Shown here: one piece after another, positions 32,090 through 42,045 of the stretch | Position numbering within the stretch: position 1 is the stretch's first letter | Layout: every line of letters starts with the position of its first letter | DNA from: Candidatus Eiseniibacteriota bacterium | Lineage (GTDB): Bacteria; Eisenbacteria; RBG-16-71-46; JABDJR01 | Direction: 5' to 3' | NCBI GenBank assembly: GCA_963783375.1 | Contig: CAWANH010000029.1 | Span: 1,280,001-1,344,000, forward strand | Length of the DNA stretch: 64,000 bases | Notes under the pieces: generated by a model | The model's database searches: none | Told to the model about the DNA's origin: nothing | Seen by the model: the letters and a program-made list of their open reading frames with translations, nothing else | Translations under genes and position numbers: made by a program

Positions 32090-33919
32090 CTACAGCACCA
32101 CCCGGATGTGGAGGTCCTGAAGGTCGTGGGGATCCACTTCCGCCGGGGCCCCGTCCATGAGGCTCGTGGCCCGGGCGGTCTTGGGGAACGCGATCACGTC
32201 CCGGAGCGACTTGCTCCCGTTCATGAGCATGACCAGCCGGTCGAGCCCGGGGGCGATCCCCCCGTGGGGAGGCGCCCCGTACTGGAAGGCCTCCAGGAGG
32301 AATCCGAATCGGCGCTCCGCGTCTTCGGCGCTCATCCCCACCACCTTCATGACCCGCTCCTGGATGTCCCGCCGGTGAATACGGATGGAGCCCGAGGCCA
32401 GCTCGAGTCCGTTGGCCACCAGGTCGTAGAGGTTGCCGTGCACTTTCCCCGGATCGGTTTCCAGGTAGTCCAGGTGCTCCTCCAGGGGCATGGTGAACAT
32501 GTGGTGGGCGGGCTCCCACCGTCCCGACTCGGCGTTGAACTCGAAGAGGGGGAACTCCCGGACCCACAGGAACCGGAACTCCTTCTCCCGCCCCGCCACC
32601 AGGGGCTCGCCGAGCAGGGTGCGGACCGCTCCCAGGCCGCGGCAGGCGATGAGCCAGGTATCGGCCACGAACAGGAGGAGGTCTCCCGGCTTCGCGCCCA
32701 GGACGTTCCGGAGGGCCGTCCCGTCGCCCAGGAACTTCCCGATCCCCCCCTCGAGCCCCGCGTCGGTCACCTTGGTCCAGGCCAGGCCCTTGGCCCCGTA
32801 GGGCTTGGCCGCCGCCTCCAGGGTCTCGATCTCCTTCCGGCTCCGCGCCGCGCCCCCCGGCACCCGGAGCCCCTTCACCGTCCCCCCCCGGGCCAGCGCC
32901 TCGTCGAAAACCTTGAACCCGAGCCCCCGAACCGAATCGGAAACGTCGGTGAGTGGAAGCTCGAAGCGCAGGTCCGGCTTGTCGGTGCCGTAGGTGTCCA
33001 TGGCCTCGCGGTAGGTGAGCCGCTGGAACGGGATGGGGAGATCGACGTCAAGGCAGCTCTTGAACACGTGGGCCATGAGCCCTTCGACCACCTCGAACAC
33101 GTCGTTCTCGCGAACGAAGGCCATCTCCATGTCGATCTGGGAGTGCTCGGGCTGGCGGTCGGCCCTGAGATCCTCGTCCCGCAGGCAGCGCGCGATCTGG
33201 AAGTAGCGATTCATCCCGCTCACCATGAGAATCTGCTTGTATAGCTGCGGGCTCTGGGGAAGAGCGTAGAACTTCCCGGGGTGGAGCCGGGCGGGAACGA
33301 CGTAGTCCCGAGCCCCTTCGGGGGTCGGCCGCACCATCATCGGGGTCTCCACCTCGATGAAGTCGAGTCCGTAGAGGTACTTTCTCACCTCCAGGGTCAC
33401 CCGCGAGCGGAGCCGGAGGGCCCGCTGGAGCGCCGGGCGGCGGAGATCCAGATAGCGGTAGCGGAGCCGCAGATCCTCGGAGACCTCGGCTTCGTCTTCC
33501 ACCGGAAAGGGTGGGGTTCTGGACGCGTTCAGGACGCGCACTTCCGAGGCCTCGACCTCGATCTCCCCGGTGGGGAGCTCGCGGTTCACCATGTCGGCCG
33601 GGCGGGCCCCCACCGCGCCCCGGACCGCCAGCACGAACTCGGCCCGGGCCGCGCGCGCCTTGGCCAGGGTCCCGGCGCTCACCTTCCCCGGATGAAAGAC
33701 CACCTGGGTGAGCCCGGTGTGGTCGCGGAGATCCACGAACACCACCCCCCCGTGGTCGCGGGTGCGGTGGACCCAGCCCATGAGCACCGCTTCGGCGCCG
33801 GCGTCGGGGCCTCGAAGCTCCCCGCACAAATGGGTGCGGCTCCAATCCCCCAGAAGCTCCGGCTGGAGTTTCGGCCCGTCGTCGGGGGCGCCCCCGATCC
33901 GTTCGTTCTCAGACGTCAT
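32090..33919 (-). CDS. aspS: Aspartate--tRNA ligase
   Basis: RTHLCGELR, LRLRYRYLDLR, TPEGARDY, ALPQSPQLYKQ and GAPPHGG. The His in RDHGG suggests a non-discriminating AspRS. Confidence 0.98.
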   Translation of the reverse strand: MTSENERIGGAPDDGPKLQPELLGDWSRTHLCGELRGPDAGAEAVLMGWVHRTRDHGGVVFVDLRDHTGLTQVVFHPGKVSAGTLAKARAARAEFVLAVRGAVGARPADMVNRELPTGEIEVEASEVRVLNASRTPPFPVEDEAEVSEDLRLRYRYLDLRRPALQRALRLRSRVTLEVRKYLYGLDFIEVETPMMVRPTPEGARDYVVPARLHPGKFYALPQSPQLYKQILMVSGMNRYFQIARCLRDEDLRADRQPEHSQIDMEMAFVRENDVFEVVEGLMAHVFKSCLDVDLPIPFQRLTYREAMDTYGTDKPDLRFELPLTDVSDSVRGLGFKVFDEALARGGTVKGLRVPGGAARSRKEIETLEAAAKPYGAKGLAWTKVTDAGLEGGIGKFLGDGTALRNVLGAKPGDLLLFVADTWLIACRGLGAVRTLLGEPLVAGREKEFRFLWVREFPLFEFNAESGRWEPAHHMFTMPLEEHLDYLETDPGKVHGNLYDLVANGLELASGSIRIHRRDIQERVMKVVGMSAEDAERRFGFLLEAFQYGAPPHGGIAPGLDRLVMLMNGSKSLRDVIAFPKTARATSLMDGAPAEVDPHDLQDLHIRVVL

Positions 33920-35187
33920 GATTCAATCCTCAGAATGTCCTCTAGATGGGCTTCGAGGCCGGTGTCGTCCACCGACGCCTGGTCTCCCGAGACCATGTCC
34001 TTCACCGTCCAGTGCTTTCCGGCCAGCTCCCCTTCCCCCACGATCACCACCGTGCGGGCGCCGCTTCGGTTGGCCGCCTTCATCTGGTTTCCAAGGTTCC
34101 GCTCCAGGAGATCCACGTCCACCCGGAACCGCGCGCGGAGCCGGTGGGCGAGGCTGAGCGCGGCTTCACGTTCCCGATCGCCGCCCGCGGTCACCACCGA
34201 GACCTCGGGAGCGGGCGCGCCGGGGAGGGAGACGCCTTCGGCCTCCAGCGCGAGCAGGATTCGCTCCACCCCGGTGGAGAAGCCCACTCCGGGGGTGGCC
34301 GGCCCACCCACCTCCTCCACCAGGCGGTCGTAACGGCCGCCGCCCCCCACCGCGTTCTGCGCTCCGAGCCCGCCGTGCTGGATCTCGAACACGGTTCGGG
34401 TGTAGTAGTCCAGGCCGCGCACCAGCCGGTCGTCCACCACCACCTCGATGCCCGCGTCGCGCAAGAGCGTCAGCACCCGCTCCTGGTGGGCGCGGCAGTC
34501 GTCGCAGAGGTGCTCCTGGATGCTGGGAATTTTCGCCGCCACCGTGCGGCACCCCTCCACCTTGCAGTCGAGCACCCGGAGCGGGTTCATCCCCACCCGT
34601 CTCACGCAATCCACACAGAGCCCATCCAGGTGATCCTGGAGATAGGTACGGAGCGCCTCGGTGTAGGCCGGTCGGCAGGCGCCGTCCCCCACGCTGTTCA
34701 CCAGCGCCGTGACCCCGGTGAGACCCACCGCGCCGAGGAGCCGCGCGAAGAGCGAGATCATCTCGAAATCGGCCCCGGGCGAGTCGGCGCCCAGAAGTTC
34801 GGCCCCGATCTGCTGGTGCTGGCGATAGCGGCCGGCCTGGGGGCGTTCGTAGCGGAACATCGGGCCGAGGTAGTAGACCTTCCACGGTTTGGGTCCGGCG
34901 TAGAGCTTGTGCTCCACGAAAGCGCGGGCCACCGAGGCGGTGCCCTCGGGTCTCAAGGTCAGGCTCCGGCCCTTCCGGTCGGGGAAGGTGTACATCTCCT
35001 TCTGCACGATGTCGGTGGACTCCCCCACCCCGCGCAGAAACAGCTCGGTGTGCTCGAACACCGGGGTGCGGATCTCGCCGAATCCGTAACGCTCGAGCAC
35101 GCTTCGAAACGCGGCCTCCACCCGTTCCCACGCCGGAGTGCGGTCGGGAAGAATGTCCTGGGTGCCCCGGGGGGCGTTCAGTTTCAT
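33916..35187 (-). CDS. hisS: Histidine--tRNA ligase
   Basis: PRGTQD, KEMYTF, LRPEGTA, FRYERPQAGRYRQ, LVRGLDYY and GGGRYD. Confidence 0.98.
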   Translation of the reverse strand: MKLNAPRGTQDILPDRTPAWERVEAAFRSVLERYGFGEIRTPVFEHTELFLRGVGESTDIVQKEMYTFPDRKGRSLTLRPEGTASVARAFVEHKLYAGPKPWKVYYLGPMFRYERPQAGRYRQHQQIGAELLGADSPGADFEMISLFARLLGAVGLTGVTALVNSVGDGACRPAYTEALRTYLQDHLDGLCVDCVRRVGMNPLRVLDCKVEGCRTVAAKIPSIQEHLCDDCRAHQERVLTLLRDAGIEVVVDDRLVRGLDYYTRTVFEIQHGGLGAQNAVGGGGRYDRLVEEVGGPATPGVGFSTGVERILLALEAEGVSLPGAPAPEVSVVTAGGDREREAALSLAHRLRARFRVDVDLLERNLGNQMKAANRSGARTVVIVGEGELAGKHWTVKDMVSGDQASVDDTGLEAHLEDILRIES

Positions 35188-35612
35188 GATCCGGTGCTCC
35201 CGTGCGAGTTTTCCGCCCCACCCCGGTCCCGTTGCCAGAGCCAGTGGGGGGAGTTCGAGGTCCGGCCCCGGAGCCATGCGTCCACCGAGACCGCGATCAG
35301 GACCGCGGTCAGGTCGGTGAGCCAATCTCCCAGACTCTTGTCGCGACCCACCGTCCCCTGAAAGGTCTCGTCCAGGGCGGCGATCCCCGCGCCCATGATC
35401 ACCGCCAACGCCATCCGGAGCCCGGCCCGGCGATTCTGGAGGGTGCGCCCCCACGCCCGGGCCAGGAGTCCTCCCAGGAGGGCGTACTCCATGAAGTGGG
35501 CCACCTTGTCGGCGTTGACCACGTGACCGGGAGGCGCCAGGGTCGGGATCGACGACAGGGTGAAGATGAGGGCGGCGTAGGTCGCCACCGGCAGCCATGC
35601 GCTCAGACTCAA
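35184..35612 (-). CDS. VanZ family membrane protein
   Basis: IFTLSSIP, DKVAHFMEY, DETFQ, GR..S..D. TTG start overlaps the ptsN stop. Confidence 0.85.
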   Translation of the reverse strand: MSLSAWLPVATYAALIFTLSSIPTLAPPGHVVNADKVAHFMEYALLGGLLARAWGRTLQNRRAGLRMALAVIMGAGIAALDETFQGTVGRDKSLGDWLTDLTAVLIAVSVDAWLRGRTSNSPHWLWQRDRGGAENSHGSTGS

Positions 35613-36103
35613 CCCGTAATCCGCTCTTCCTCGTGTCGAATGCAGGCCATGGCCTCGGCCGGAGTGCGCGCGCGCAGGAGGTTCCGCTGGAGATCTCCCG
35701 AGTAGAGAAGCCGGCTGATCCGGGCCAACACCCGGATGAACCCACCCCGTTCTTCGGGTCCCGCGACCAGGAACACGAGCTGGACCGGACGCTCGTCCAG
35801 CGCGTCGAAGTCGATGGGCCGGACCAGGCGGCCCAACGCCAGGGAGAGCCGGGTGGCTCCCGGGCTCTGGGCGTGGGGAACGGCGATTCCCCCCCCGATG
35901 CCGGTGCTCATGACCCGCTCGCGCTGCTGGATGTCGGCGACCATGCGCGAGGCGTCGGTGACCGCTCCCGCCTCCACCAGCGCCTCGACCAAAGCGTCGA
36001 TGACGGCATCCTTGGTGGACGCCGCCACATCCAGCCGCACGCACGACTCGTCGAGGATCTCGGTGAGCAGGGTCGTCCCTTTCGAATGAAAACGGCCTCG
36101 CAT
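35609..36103 (-). CDS. PTS EIIA component (Ntr/fructose type)
   Basis: RERVMSTGIGGGIAVPHA and IDFDALDERPV. Start uncertain. Confidence 0.9.
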   Translation of the reverse strand: MRGRFHSKGTTLLTEILDESCVRLDVAASTKDAVIDALVEALVEAGAVTDASRMVADIQQRERVMSTGIGGGIAVPHAQSPGATRLSLALGRLVRPIDFDALDERPVQLVFLVAGPEERGGFIRVLARISRLLYSGDLQRNLLRARTPAEAMACIRHEEERITG

Positions 36104-36191
36104 CGGGCCCACGGGCCGCGAGGGCTCTGGGTGATCCGACGGCGACGCCGAACGCCGGAACGGTAATGCGCGCAATCGGTTTCTCCGATGA

Positions 36192-36219
36192 ACTATATCA
36201 GCCGCCGGGCGGCTGTCAA
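36192..36219 (-). promoter_or_regulatory. Putative sigma70 promoter with a palindromic spacer, upstream of the EIIA-vanZ-hisS-aspS operon
   Basis: TTGACA-16 nt-TATAGT; CAGCCGCC-C-GGCGGCTG inverted repeat overlaps the -35 end and the spacer. Confidence 0.55.
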
Positions 36220-36301
36220 GGAACCGGGACCCCGCACCGCCGGATCCGGATTCCGGCTCGACCGGATACGGTCCCCGGGCGGCCGCGGGAGGCGGGCGCC
36301 G

Positions 36302-36970
36302 TCATCTCCGATACACGAAGCTCATCTCGAACCACGCCTCCACCGGCTCGCCCCCGCGTCGCGCCGGGACGAAACGCATGGCCCGGGCCGATCGTTCGAG
36401 GGCCTCACGGAGGGGAGCGGGGAGATCGGGTTTCCGGGGCACGACCTCGGCCACCCGGCCCCGGCGATCCACCCGCAGCCGCACCGAGATCTCGAGCGGC
36501 GAGGGGAGCCCCTCGGACTCCTCGGGGGTCAGGGGCAATGCTCCGGCCAGAAGCTTGGGGGGTCGATACCGGAGCGCGCCCGGCGCGCCGCTCCGGGGGG
36601 CCGTCGCCGCCGGCGATCCCGCCGCCGGTTCCGAGGCCCCGGCGCTACCCGCCCCCGTCGCCGCCGGCGTCCGGGCAGGATTCTCGGAGGGGGCCTCGGC
36701 CGGGGGCGGATCCTGGATGGGCGGGGCGGCCACCGCCGGAGCCGGCGGGGGGGCCTCGACCGGTTCCGGGCGCGGCGGCCCCGCCACGGCCGCCGGTCCC
36801 CACGGCACCAGCGATACCGTCAACGGACCTTCGAGGTGGCTCCCCGCCCGACCCGGCTCCTCCCGGGGAGTCAGCCCTTCCCACCAGCTGCCGGGCGCCA
36901 GGACCAGCGCGACGTGGAAGAGCACGGAGGCGGCCGCGGTCCGGGCCAGAACCCGGTTCTCGCCGCTCAT
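36302..36970 (-). CDS. TonB-like energy transducer
   Basis: N-terminal TM with SxxxH (SVLFH), Pro/Ala-rich linker, and a TonB_C-like end (VRLRVDRRGRV...FVPARRGGEPVEAW). Confidence 0.75.
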   Translation of the reverse strand: MSGENRVLARTAAASVLFHVALVLAPGSWWEGLTPREEPGRAGSHLEGPLTVSLVPWGPAAVAGPPRPEPVEAPPPAPAVAAPPIQDPPPAEAPSENPARTPAATGAGSAGASEPAAGSPAATAPRSGAPGALRYRPPKLLAGALPLTPEESEGLPSPLEISVRLRVDRRGRVAEVVPRKPDLPAPLREALERSARAMRFVPARRGGEPVEAWFEMSFVYRR

Positions 36971-38958
36971 CGCGCCCGCGCCCGTTCCAGGACGGTGAAG
37001 GGGCCGGAGCGCCCGGCGGCGCGTCCCCCCAGGAGATCCTCGACCTCCACCCGGAGAACGTAGCCACCGGGATCGAGAGGCGGCAGGTCCACCGAGAGGA
37101 GCTGGGACAGGTTCGGCCCCGGGCCCGAGTCCTCGAACACCAGCTCACCCTCCGGGCTCGACCCCCCGAAGGGAAGGAGGACGTGGAACCAGCCACGGGC
37201 GGTCTGCCGTCCGACGGTGACCCGGATCCGGACCGAGTGGTCCCCGTTCCCGTCCTGCTTCAGCCCGTAGGTTTCGAAGCCGATCCCGATCGGGCGGTCC
37301 CCCCGGTAGACGTGCCCGGGATTGGGAAGGGCGCTGCCGTAGGCCCAGGGATACCCCCCGTCCCCGGGATCGAACCCCACCTTGCTGAAGAAGGCGAGGT
37401 CGCTCAGGCTCGGGCGGGCGCGGGCGGTGTCCGGCGGGAGGGCCGCGTAGAGGTCGGACCGCCCCGCCTCCTGCCGATCGAGGGTCTCCATGCCCACGAT
37501 GAGGCTCTCGGGGAGCGCGTCGAGCCGGAAGAGACCGATGAGCCGTCCCAGGTCGTCCTTCTGGAACAGGGCCCAGCTTCCCACCGCCGCGTCGCGACGC
37601 GTCCAGGTCGAGTCGTAGAGGGCGATCCGGGTGGCCAGCCGGTAGGGCGCGTCCAGGACCCCGCCCGGCCAATCCTCGGGTGAGAGCGCCGCCGCCACCT
37701 CGATCCGCCCCCGACCGGTGGCCGGGTCGAGGAAACGCCAGATCTCGATCTCCTGGTCCCGCTCGGGCGACGGGAAGGGCGGCCGGTAAGTGGACGGGTA
37801 CTGGGCGGCGAAGAGGTCCAGGTTCGATGGGCTCCCGGAGATCGGCGGGAGAAACCGTCCGTTCAGGTTGTAGTCCAGGAAGGTGAAGAGGATCGTTCCG
37901 CCGTCCTGGCCGTAGCGAACGTCGATGGAGGGAACGGCCAGCCATGAGTTCACGCGACAGTCGGGGCCGCGCCGGACGTCGGCGAGGTAGCTCCAGTCCG
38001 AGGGAATGCCGTAGCGCACCAGCATCTCGCCCGGCGCGACGTCCCAGCCCGGGATCCCGGACGACTCCTGTCCGAACAGGAGCTCGGCCAGCACCATGCG
38101 CCGGTAATGATCGAGGAGCCGGGGGTTCTCCCGGTCGGCGGGAGTGGGGTCGCGCCAGCGCCAGTAGTCCCGCCAGTAGCGAAGGGTGTCGGCGGATGCC
38201 TCCCGTTCTTCTTCCGCCCGGGGGTCGACCGCGGCCAGGCTGATGAAGGGTTTTCGCTCCGTCTCGCTCATCAGGGCGAAAGCGGCGGCGTAGGCCCGGC
38301 GGGCCCGGGTCCAGGCGCCGGCCCGGGTGAAGAGCATGCCCCGGACCAGATGGGGCCACGCGCTTTCCGGCGCCGCGTCCCTCATCCGGGCGCAAAGGGA
38401 ATCCAGCGCGCCGTCCCTTCCCTGGATCGCGGCGATCCGCATCTCCCGCCTGAGGGTGGTGGTATCGCCGGGGTCGATGGCCAGGGCCCGCCCGTTCTCC
38501 CGCGCCGCATCGGCAAGGAAGCTCAGGCGGTGGAACTGCTCGAAGCGCCGAAGTTCATGCCCGGCCAGCTCGCCTCGAACGTCCGCCCGATTCGGGGCCA
38601 GCGCGATGGCCCGGCGGTAAGCGAGCCGGGCCTCGCGTCGGTATTTCCGGCGTTCCTGGAGCCTTGCCAGCTGCAGCCAGGTGTCGGGATCGCGATCGTC
38701 GATGAGAACAGCCTGATCGAGGAGCTCGGCCGCCTCCCGGCGGTTCTCCACGTCGTCGCTCGCCCCCAGGATGCGGGCAAGAGTGCGTCGCGCTTCCAGG
38801 TTCCGCCGATCGGCCCGGACCTCCCTCCGCAGTTCGTCGACGTGGGCGGTGGAGTCGGCCGGGGCCGCGTGGGAAGCGGGAGGAAAGGAGAGGTGAAGAA
38901 GTCCAACCAGGAGCGCTACGGCAACCCGCACGGGGCCGGTATGCCGTGGAGTGCGCAC
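36967..38958 (-). CDS. Secreted TPR + GWxTD-like domain protein
   Basis: Signal peptide ending ASHA; TPR-like helices; YWRWRDPTP...HYRRMVLAELLF...GWDVAPGEMLVRYGIP; C-terminal Ig-like PGGYVLRVEVED. Start approximate (38958 or 38931). Confidence 0.8.
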   Translation of the reverse strand: MRTPRHTGPVRVAVALLVGLLHLSFPPASHAAPADSTAHVDELRREVRADRRNLEARRTLARILGASDDVENRREAAELLDQAVLIDDRDPDTWLQLARLQERRKYRREARLAYRRAIALAPNRADVRGELAGHELRRFEQFHRLSFLADAARENGRALAIDPGDTTTLRREMRIAAIQGRDGALDSLCARMRDAAPESAWPHLVRGMLFTRAGAWTRARRAYAAAFALMSETERKPFISLAAVDPRAEEEREASADTLRYWRDYWRWRDPTPADRENPRLLDHYRRMVLAELLFGQESSGIPGWDVAPGEMLVRYGIPSDWSYLADVRRGPDCRVNSWLAVPSIDVRYGQDGGTILFTFLDYNLNGRFLPPISGSPSNLDLFAAQYPSTYRPPFPSPERDQEIEIWRFLDPATGRGRIEVAAALSPEDWPGGVLDAPYRLATRIALYDSTWTRRDAAVGSWALFQKDDLGRLIGLFRLDALPESLIVGMETLDRQEAGRSDLYAALPPDTARARPSLSDLAFFSKVGFDPGDGGYPWAYGSALPNPGHVYRGDRPIGIGFETYGLKQDGNGDHSVRIRVTVGRQTARGWFHVLLPFGGSSPEGELVFEDSGPGPNLSQLLSVDLPPLDPGGYVLRVEVEDLLGGRAAGRSGPFTVLERARAR

Positions 38959-38966
38959 CGCCGAGC

Positions 38967-41900
38967 TTACACGCGCGGGACCGGCCGGATGCCGTAGCGG
39001 GTTATCTTGTTCTTCAGGCCCTTGCGGCTCAATCCCAGTTCCTGAGCGGCCCGGGTCTTGTTCCAGGCGTGCTTCTTCAGCGCATCCACCACCAGCCGCC
39101 GCTCCACGTCCTCCACCGAGGCCCGGAGATCGTTCTCCCCGTGGTCCAGGACGGAGCCGCGGGCACTGTCGGTGGCGGAAAGGATCTCGCGGGGAAGGAG
39201 GTCCAGGCTGATGGACTCGTCGTCCTCGGCCAGGATGGCCGCCCGGCGAACCGCCTTTTCCAGCTCGCGAACGTTTCCCGGCCACTGGAAGCGCACCAGT
39301 CTCTGCATCGCGGTGCGGTTGAACCCGCTGATGGACCGCGAGGTCTGGGCGTTGAAGGTCTCCAGGAAGTACTCGGCCAGAAGCGGGATGTCCTCGGGAC
39401 GCTCCCGGAGGGCGGGGACCCGGATGATGATGTCGTTCAACCGGTAGTAGAGATCCTTGAGGAAGGGTTCCTCGTCCTGGTTCAGGAGATCCTTCTTGCT
39501 GGTGGCGCAGATCACCCGGACGTTGAGCTTCCGATAGCTGTTGGAGCCGACCGGCCGCACCTCGCCCTCGTCGAGAAGGTGGAGCAGCCGCCGCTGGACC
39601 CCGAGACCCGACTTGCCGATCTCGTCCAGGAAAATGGTTCCACCGTCCGCCTCCTCGAAGAGCCCCTTCTTGTCGTGGCTGGCCCCGGTGAAGGCCCCCT
39701 TGGTGTAGCCGAAGAGTTCGGACTCCAGGAGGTTCTCGGGAAGCGCGGCGCAATCCACGGTCACGAACGACCCCTCGGCCCGGTCGCTGGACAGGTGGAT
39801 GGCCCGGGCGATCAGGGTTTTCCCCGTCCCGGTCTCCCCCTGGAGCAACACGGTGAGATTGGTGCGATTCACCTTCTCCACCAGCTTCAGGATCTCGACC
39901 ATTTCCTGGTTCTGGGTGACCACGTCGGCAAGGAAGGTGCGGCGGCGAAGGCTGTCCTCCTCGGTGGGGATGATCGTCGCCTCCAGGGAGGCGCGATCCA
40001 CCAGGGCCTCGAGCTGGGAGGTGAGAGCCAGGCAAAGGTTCAGATGACTCGGCCCGAAAGAGGACCGGCGCCCCTCCTCCAGTCGATCGAGATACAGGTA
40101 GGCCGCCTCGCCGTTCCCGTAGATCGGAATGACCATGAAGGAGGACATCCGGCGGGTCTCGACGAGGCCGGTCCACGGCTTACGGACCGTGGTGGCGGCG
40201 TCGAGCACGATCTCCGGCCGCTCGGGCCGGAGCTGGGTCAGGGTAGCGACCAGCCGCTGGCTGATGGCCGACCCGATGCGATAGGTGGTCGTGGGAACCG
40301 GACCGTTGGTGAAGACAAGGCCGGCTCCGTCCGCTTCCACCGCCTGGGCCATGATCCCGAGCACGGCGTCCAGCTTGGCCTGGTAGGGGCGGCGGGATTC
40401 CACCACCTCTTCGAGCCGGCCCGCGGTGCGGAAGGCGCCGAGGTTGGTGACCGAGGTATCCACGAGCCGGGTCTCCAACTCGTTCTGAACCTGGGCCAGG
40501 AGCTTGACCAGGGAGGGGTCGGCGACCACATCCATGCCGCTCCGCGCCGCCTCGAGGTATTCCCCCGCCCGATCGAGGTCCCCGCGGCGGCTGGCCGCCC
40601 CCGCCAGCATGATCGAGCACTCCACCTCCAGATCCCGGAGACCGAGAGCCTTGAAACCCTGGCGGGCCTCGCCGAGGGCGACCTCGGCCCGAGCCAGATC
40701 CTTACCGCCGTGAAGCCGCAGGCGGCCTTCTTCCATCAGGGTGTGGGCCAGCGGGAAGGGGCTCCCCAGCCGGCGGAGCAGGTCCTGGGCCTCGGCGATC
40801 AGTTCGTAGCCCGAGGCCTCGCCCTGGGCCAGAAGCACCCGCCCGTGGGTCAGCTTGGCCAGGGCGGATTCCATGCGATCCCCCACCCGCACCGAAAGCT
40901 CCTCGGCGCGGCGGGCCAGACCGGCGGCGTCCGCCGGCTTGCCGTCGACCAGATCGAGGTCGGCGCGAAGCCGGAGAAGCTCCCGCACGAGATCGCCCTC
41001 GGGGGAGATCTCCATCGCCTTGCGCCAGGCCACCTCGAAGCAGCGACGGGACCGGGCCAGATCGCCGCGAGCCTGGTGAAGCTGTCCCAACGATCGGTAG
41101 GTGAGCGCGGTCTCGCGCGGATACTGCTCCTCCGAGCAGAGCTCCAGGGACTGTTCGAGGGATTCCAGGGCGTGATCCCAGCGCCGCTCGATCAGGTCCA
41201 CTCCGGCCGTTCCCACCAGGGCGCGGATCGTGCCCAGGGGATCGTTCACCGCGCGGCAAAGCTTGAGCGATTCGGAGAAGCACTCGCGGGCGCGCTCCCA
41301 GTGTCCCATCTTGAAGTGGACGATACCCAGGTTGTGGAGCCCGCCGGCATGCCGCTCGGGGTACTCCCCCTCGATGGCCTGGAGGCTGGAGGAGACCTGG
41401 AGATACTCCAGGGCCCGCCGCCAGTCGCACTTCTCCTTGTAGATCAACCCGAGGTTGTTGTAGGCGAGAGAGAGGCTGCGGATGTCCCCCGCGCCCTTGA
41501 AGGCGGAAAGTGCCTGCTCGAAACAACGCGCGCTCTCTCCCAGATCGCCCTTGCGGTTGTGCGCGGAGCCGAGGAGGTTCAGCGCGAACCCGCGGGAGGA
41601 CGGATCGGTCTTGGGATCGATAAGCTTCATGGCGTCGGCGCCGCAACGAAGCGCGGTGTCGATAGCGCCCTGTCCTAGGTGGATCTTCCCCAGCTTGATG
41701 AGGACGCGACCCAGCTCAGGTTCGTCCTCCGCCGCCCGCGCGGCGGCGGCGGCGTCCTCGAGGACGTTGAGCGCTTCCTTCCACCGGCCGATTCGCTCCA
41801 GACAGCTCCCGATCCCCTTCAATGCCCGGGCCTTCTGGGATGCGCTGACGTCCGCGTCCAGGGCCCGACGGTACGTCCGTACCGCGGACTCGTAGTTGGC

Positions 41901-42008
41901 GGCGGCCTGTTCCAGGTCGGCCACGCTCAACATCTCCTCCGCAGTCTGGAGCTTCTGAGCCTCGGCACTCACTCCCGGTGAGGCGCTTTTCTGGGCTCGA
42001 TCAGCCAT
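38967..42008 (-). CDS. Sigma54-dependent enhancer-binding protein (TPR - GAF-like - AAA+ - Fis HTH)
   Basis: Multiple TPRs (AYNNLGLIY, LHNLGIVH), GETGTGKT, ESELFG..KGAFTGA, FLDEIG, WPGNVREL, and HTH NKTRAAQELGLSR. Confidence 0.95.
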   Translation of the reverse strand: MADRAQKSASPGVSAEAQKLQTAEEMLSVADLEQAAANYESAVRTYRRALDADVSASQKARALKGIGSCLERIGRWKEALNVLEDAAAAARAAEDEPELGRVLIKLGKIHLGQGAIDTALRCGADAMKLIDPKTDPSSRGFALNLLGSAHNRKGDLGESARCFEQALSAFKGAGDIRSLSLAYNNLGLIYKEKCDWRRALEYLQVSSSLQAIEGEYPERHAGGLHNLGIVHFKMGHWERARECFSESLKLCRAVNDPLGTIRALVGTAGVDLIERRWDHALESLEQSLELCSEEQYPRETALTYRSLGQLHQARGDLARSRRCFEVAWRKAMEISPEGDLVRELLRLRADLDLVDGKPADAAGLARRAEELSVRVGDRMESALAKLTHGRVLLAQGEASGYELIAEAQDLLRRLGSPFPLAHTLMEEGRLRLHGGKDLARAEVALGEARQGFKALGLRDLEVECSIMLAGAASRRGDLDRAGEYLEAARSGMDVVADPSLVKLLAQVQNELETRLVDTSVTNLGAFRTAGRLEEVVESRRPYQAKLDAVLGIMAQAVEADGAGLVFTNGPVPTTTYRIGSAISQRLVATLTQLRPERPEIVLDAATTVRKPWTGLVETRRMSSFMVIPIYGNGEAAYLYLDRLEEGRRSSFGPSHLNLCLALTSQLEALVDRASLEATIIPTEEDSLRRRTFLADVVTQNQEMVEILKLVEKVNRTNLTVLLQGETGTGKTLIARAIHLSSDRAEGSFVTVDCAALPENLLESELFGYTKGAFTGASHDKKGLFEEADGGTIFLDEIGKSGLGVQRRLLHLLDEGEVRPVGSNSYRKLNVRVICATSKKDLLNQDEEPFLKDLYYRLNDIIIRVPALRERPEDIPLLAEYFLETFNAQTSRSISGFNRTAMQRLVRFQWPGNVRELEKAVRRAAILAEDDESISLDLLPREILSATDSARGSVLDHGENDLRASVEDVERRLVVDALKKHAWNKTRAAQELGLSRKGLKNKITRYGIRPVPRV

Positions 42009-42045
42009 AACTCCAACCCTCCGTGCTTAACCCGCGGCCGGGGGC

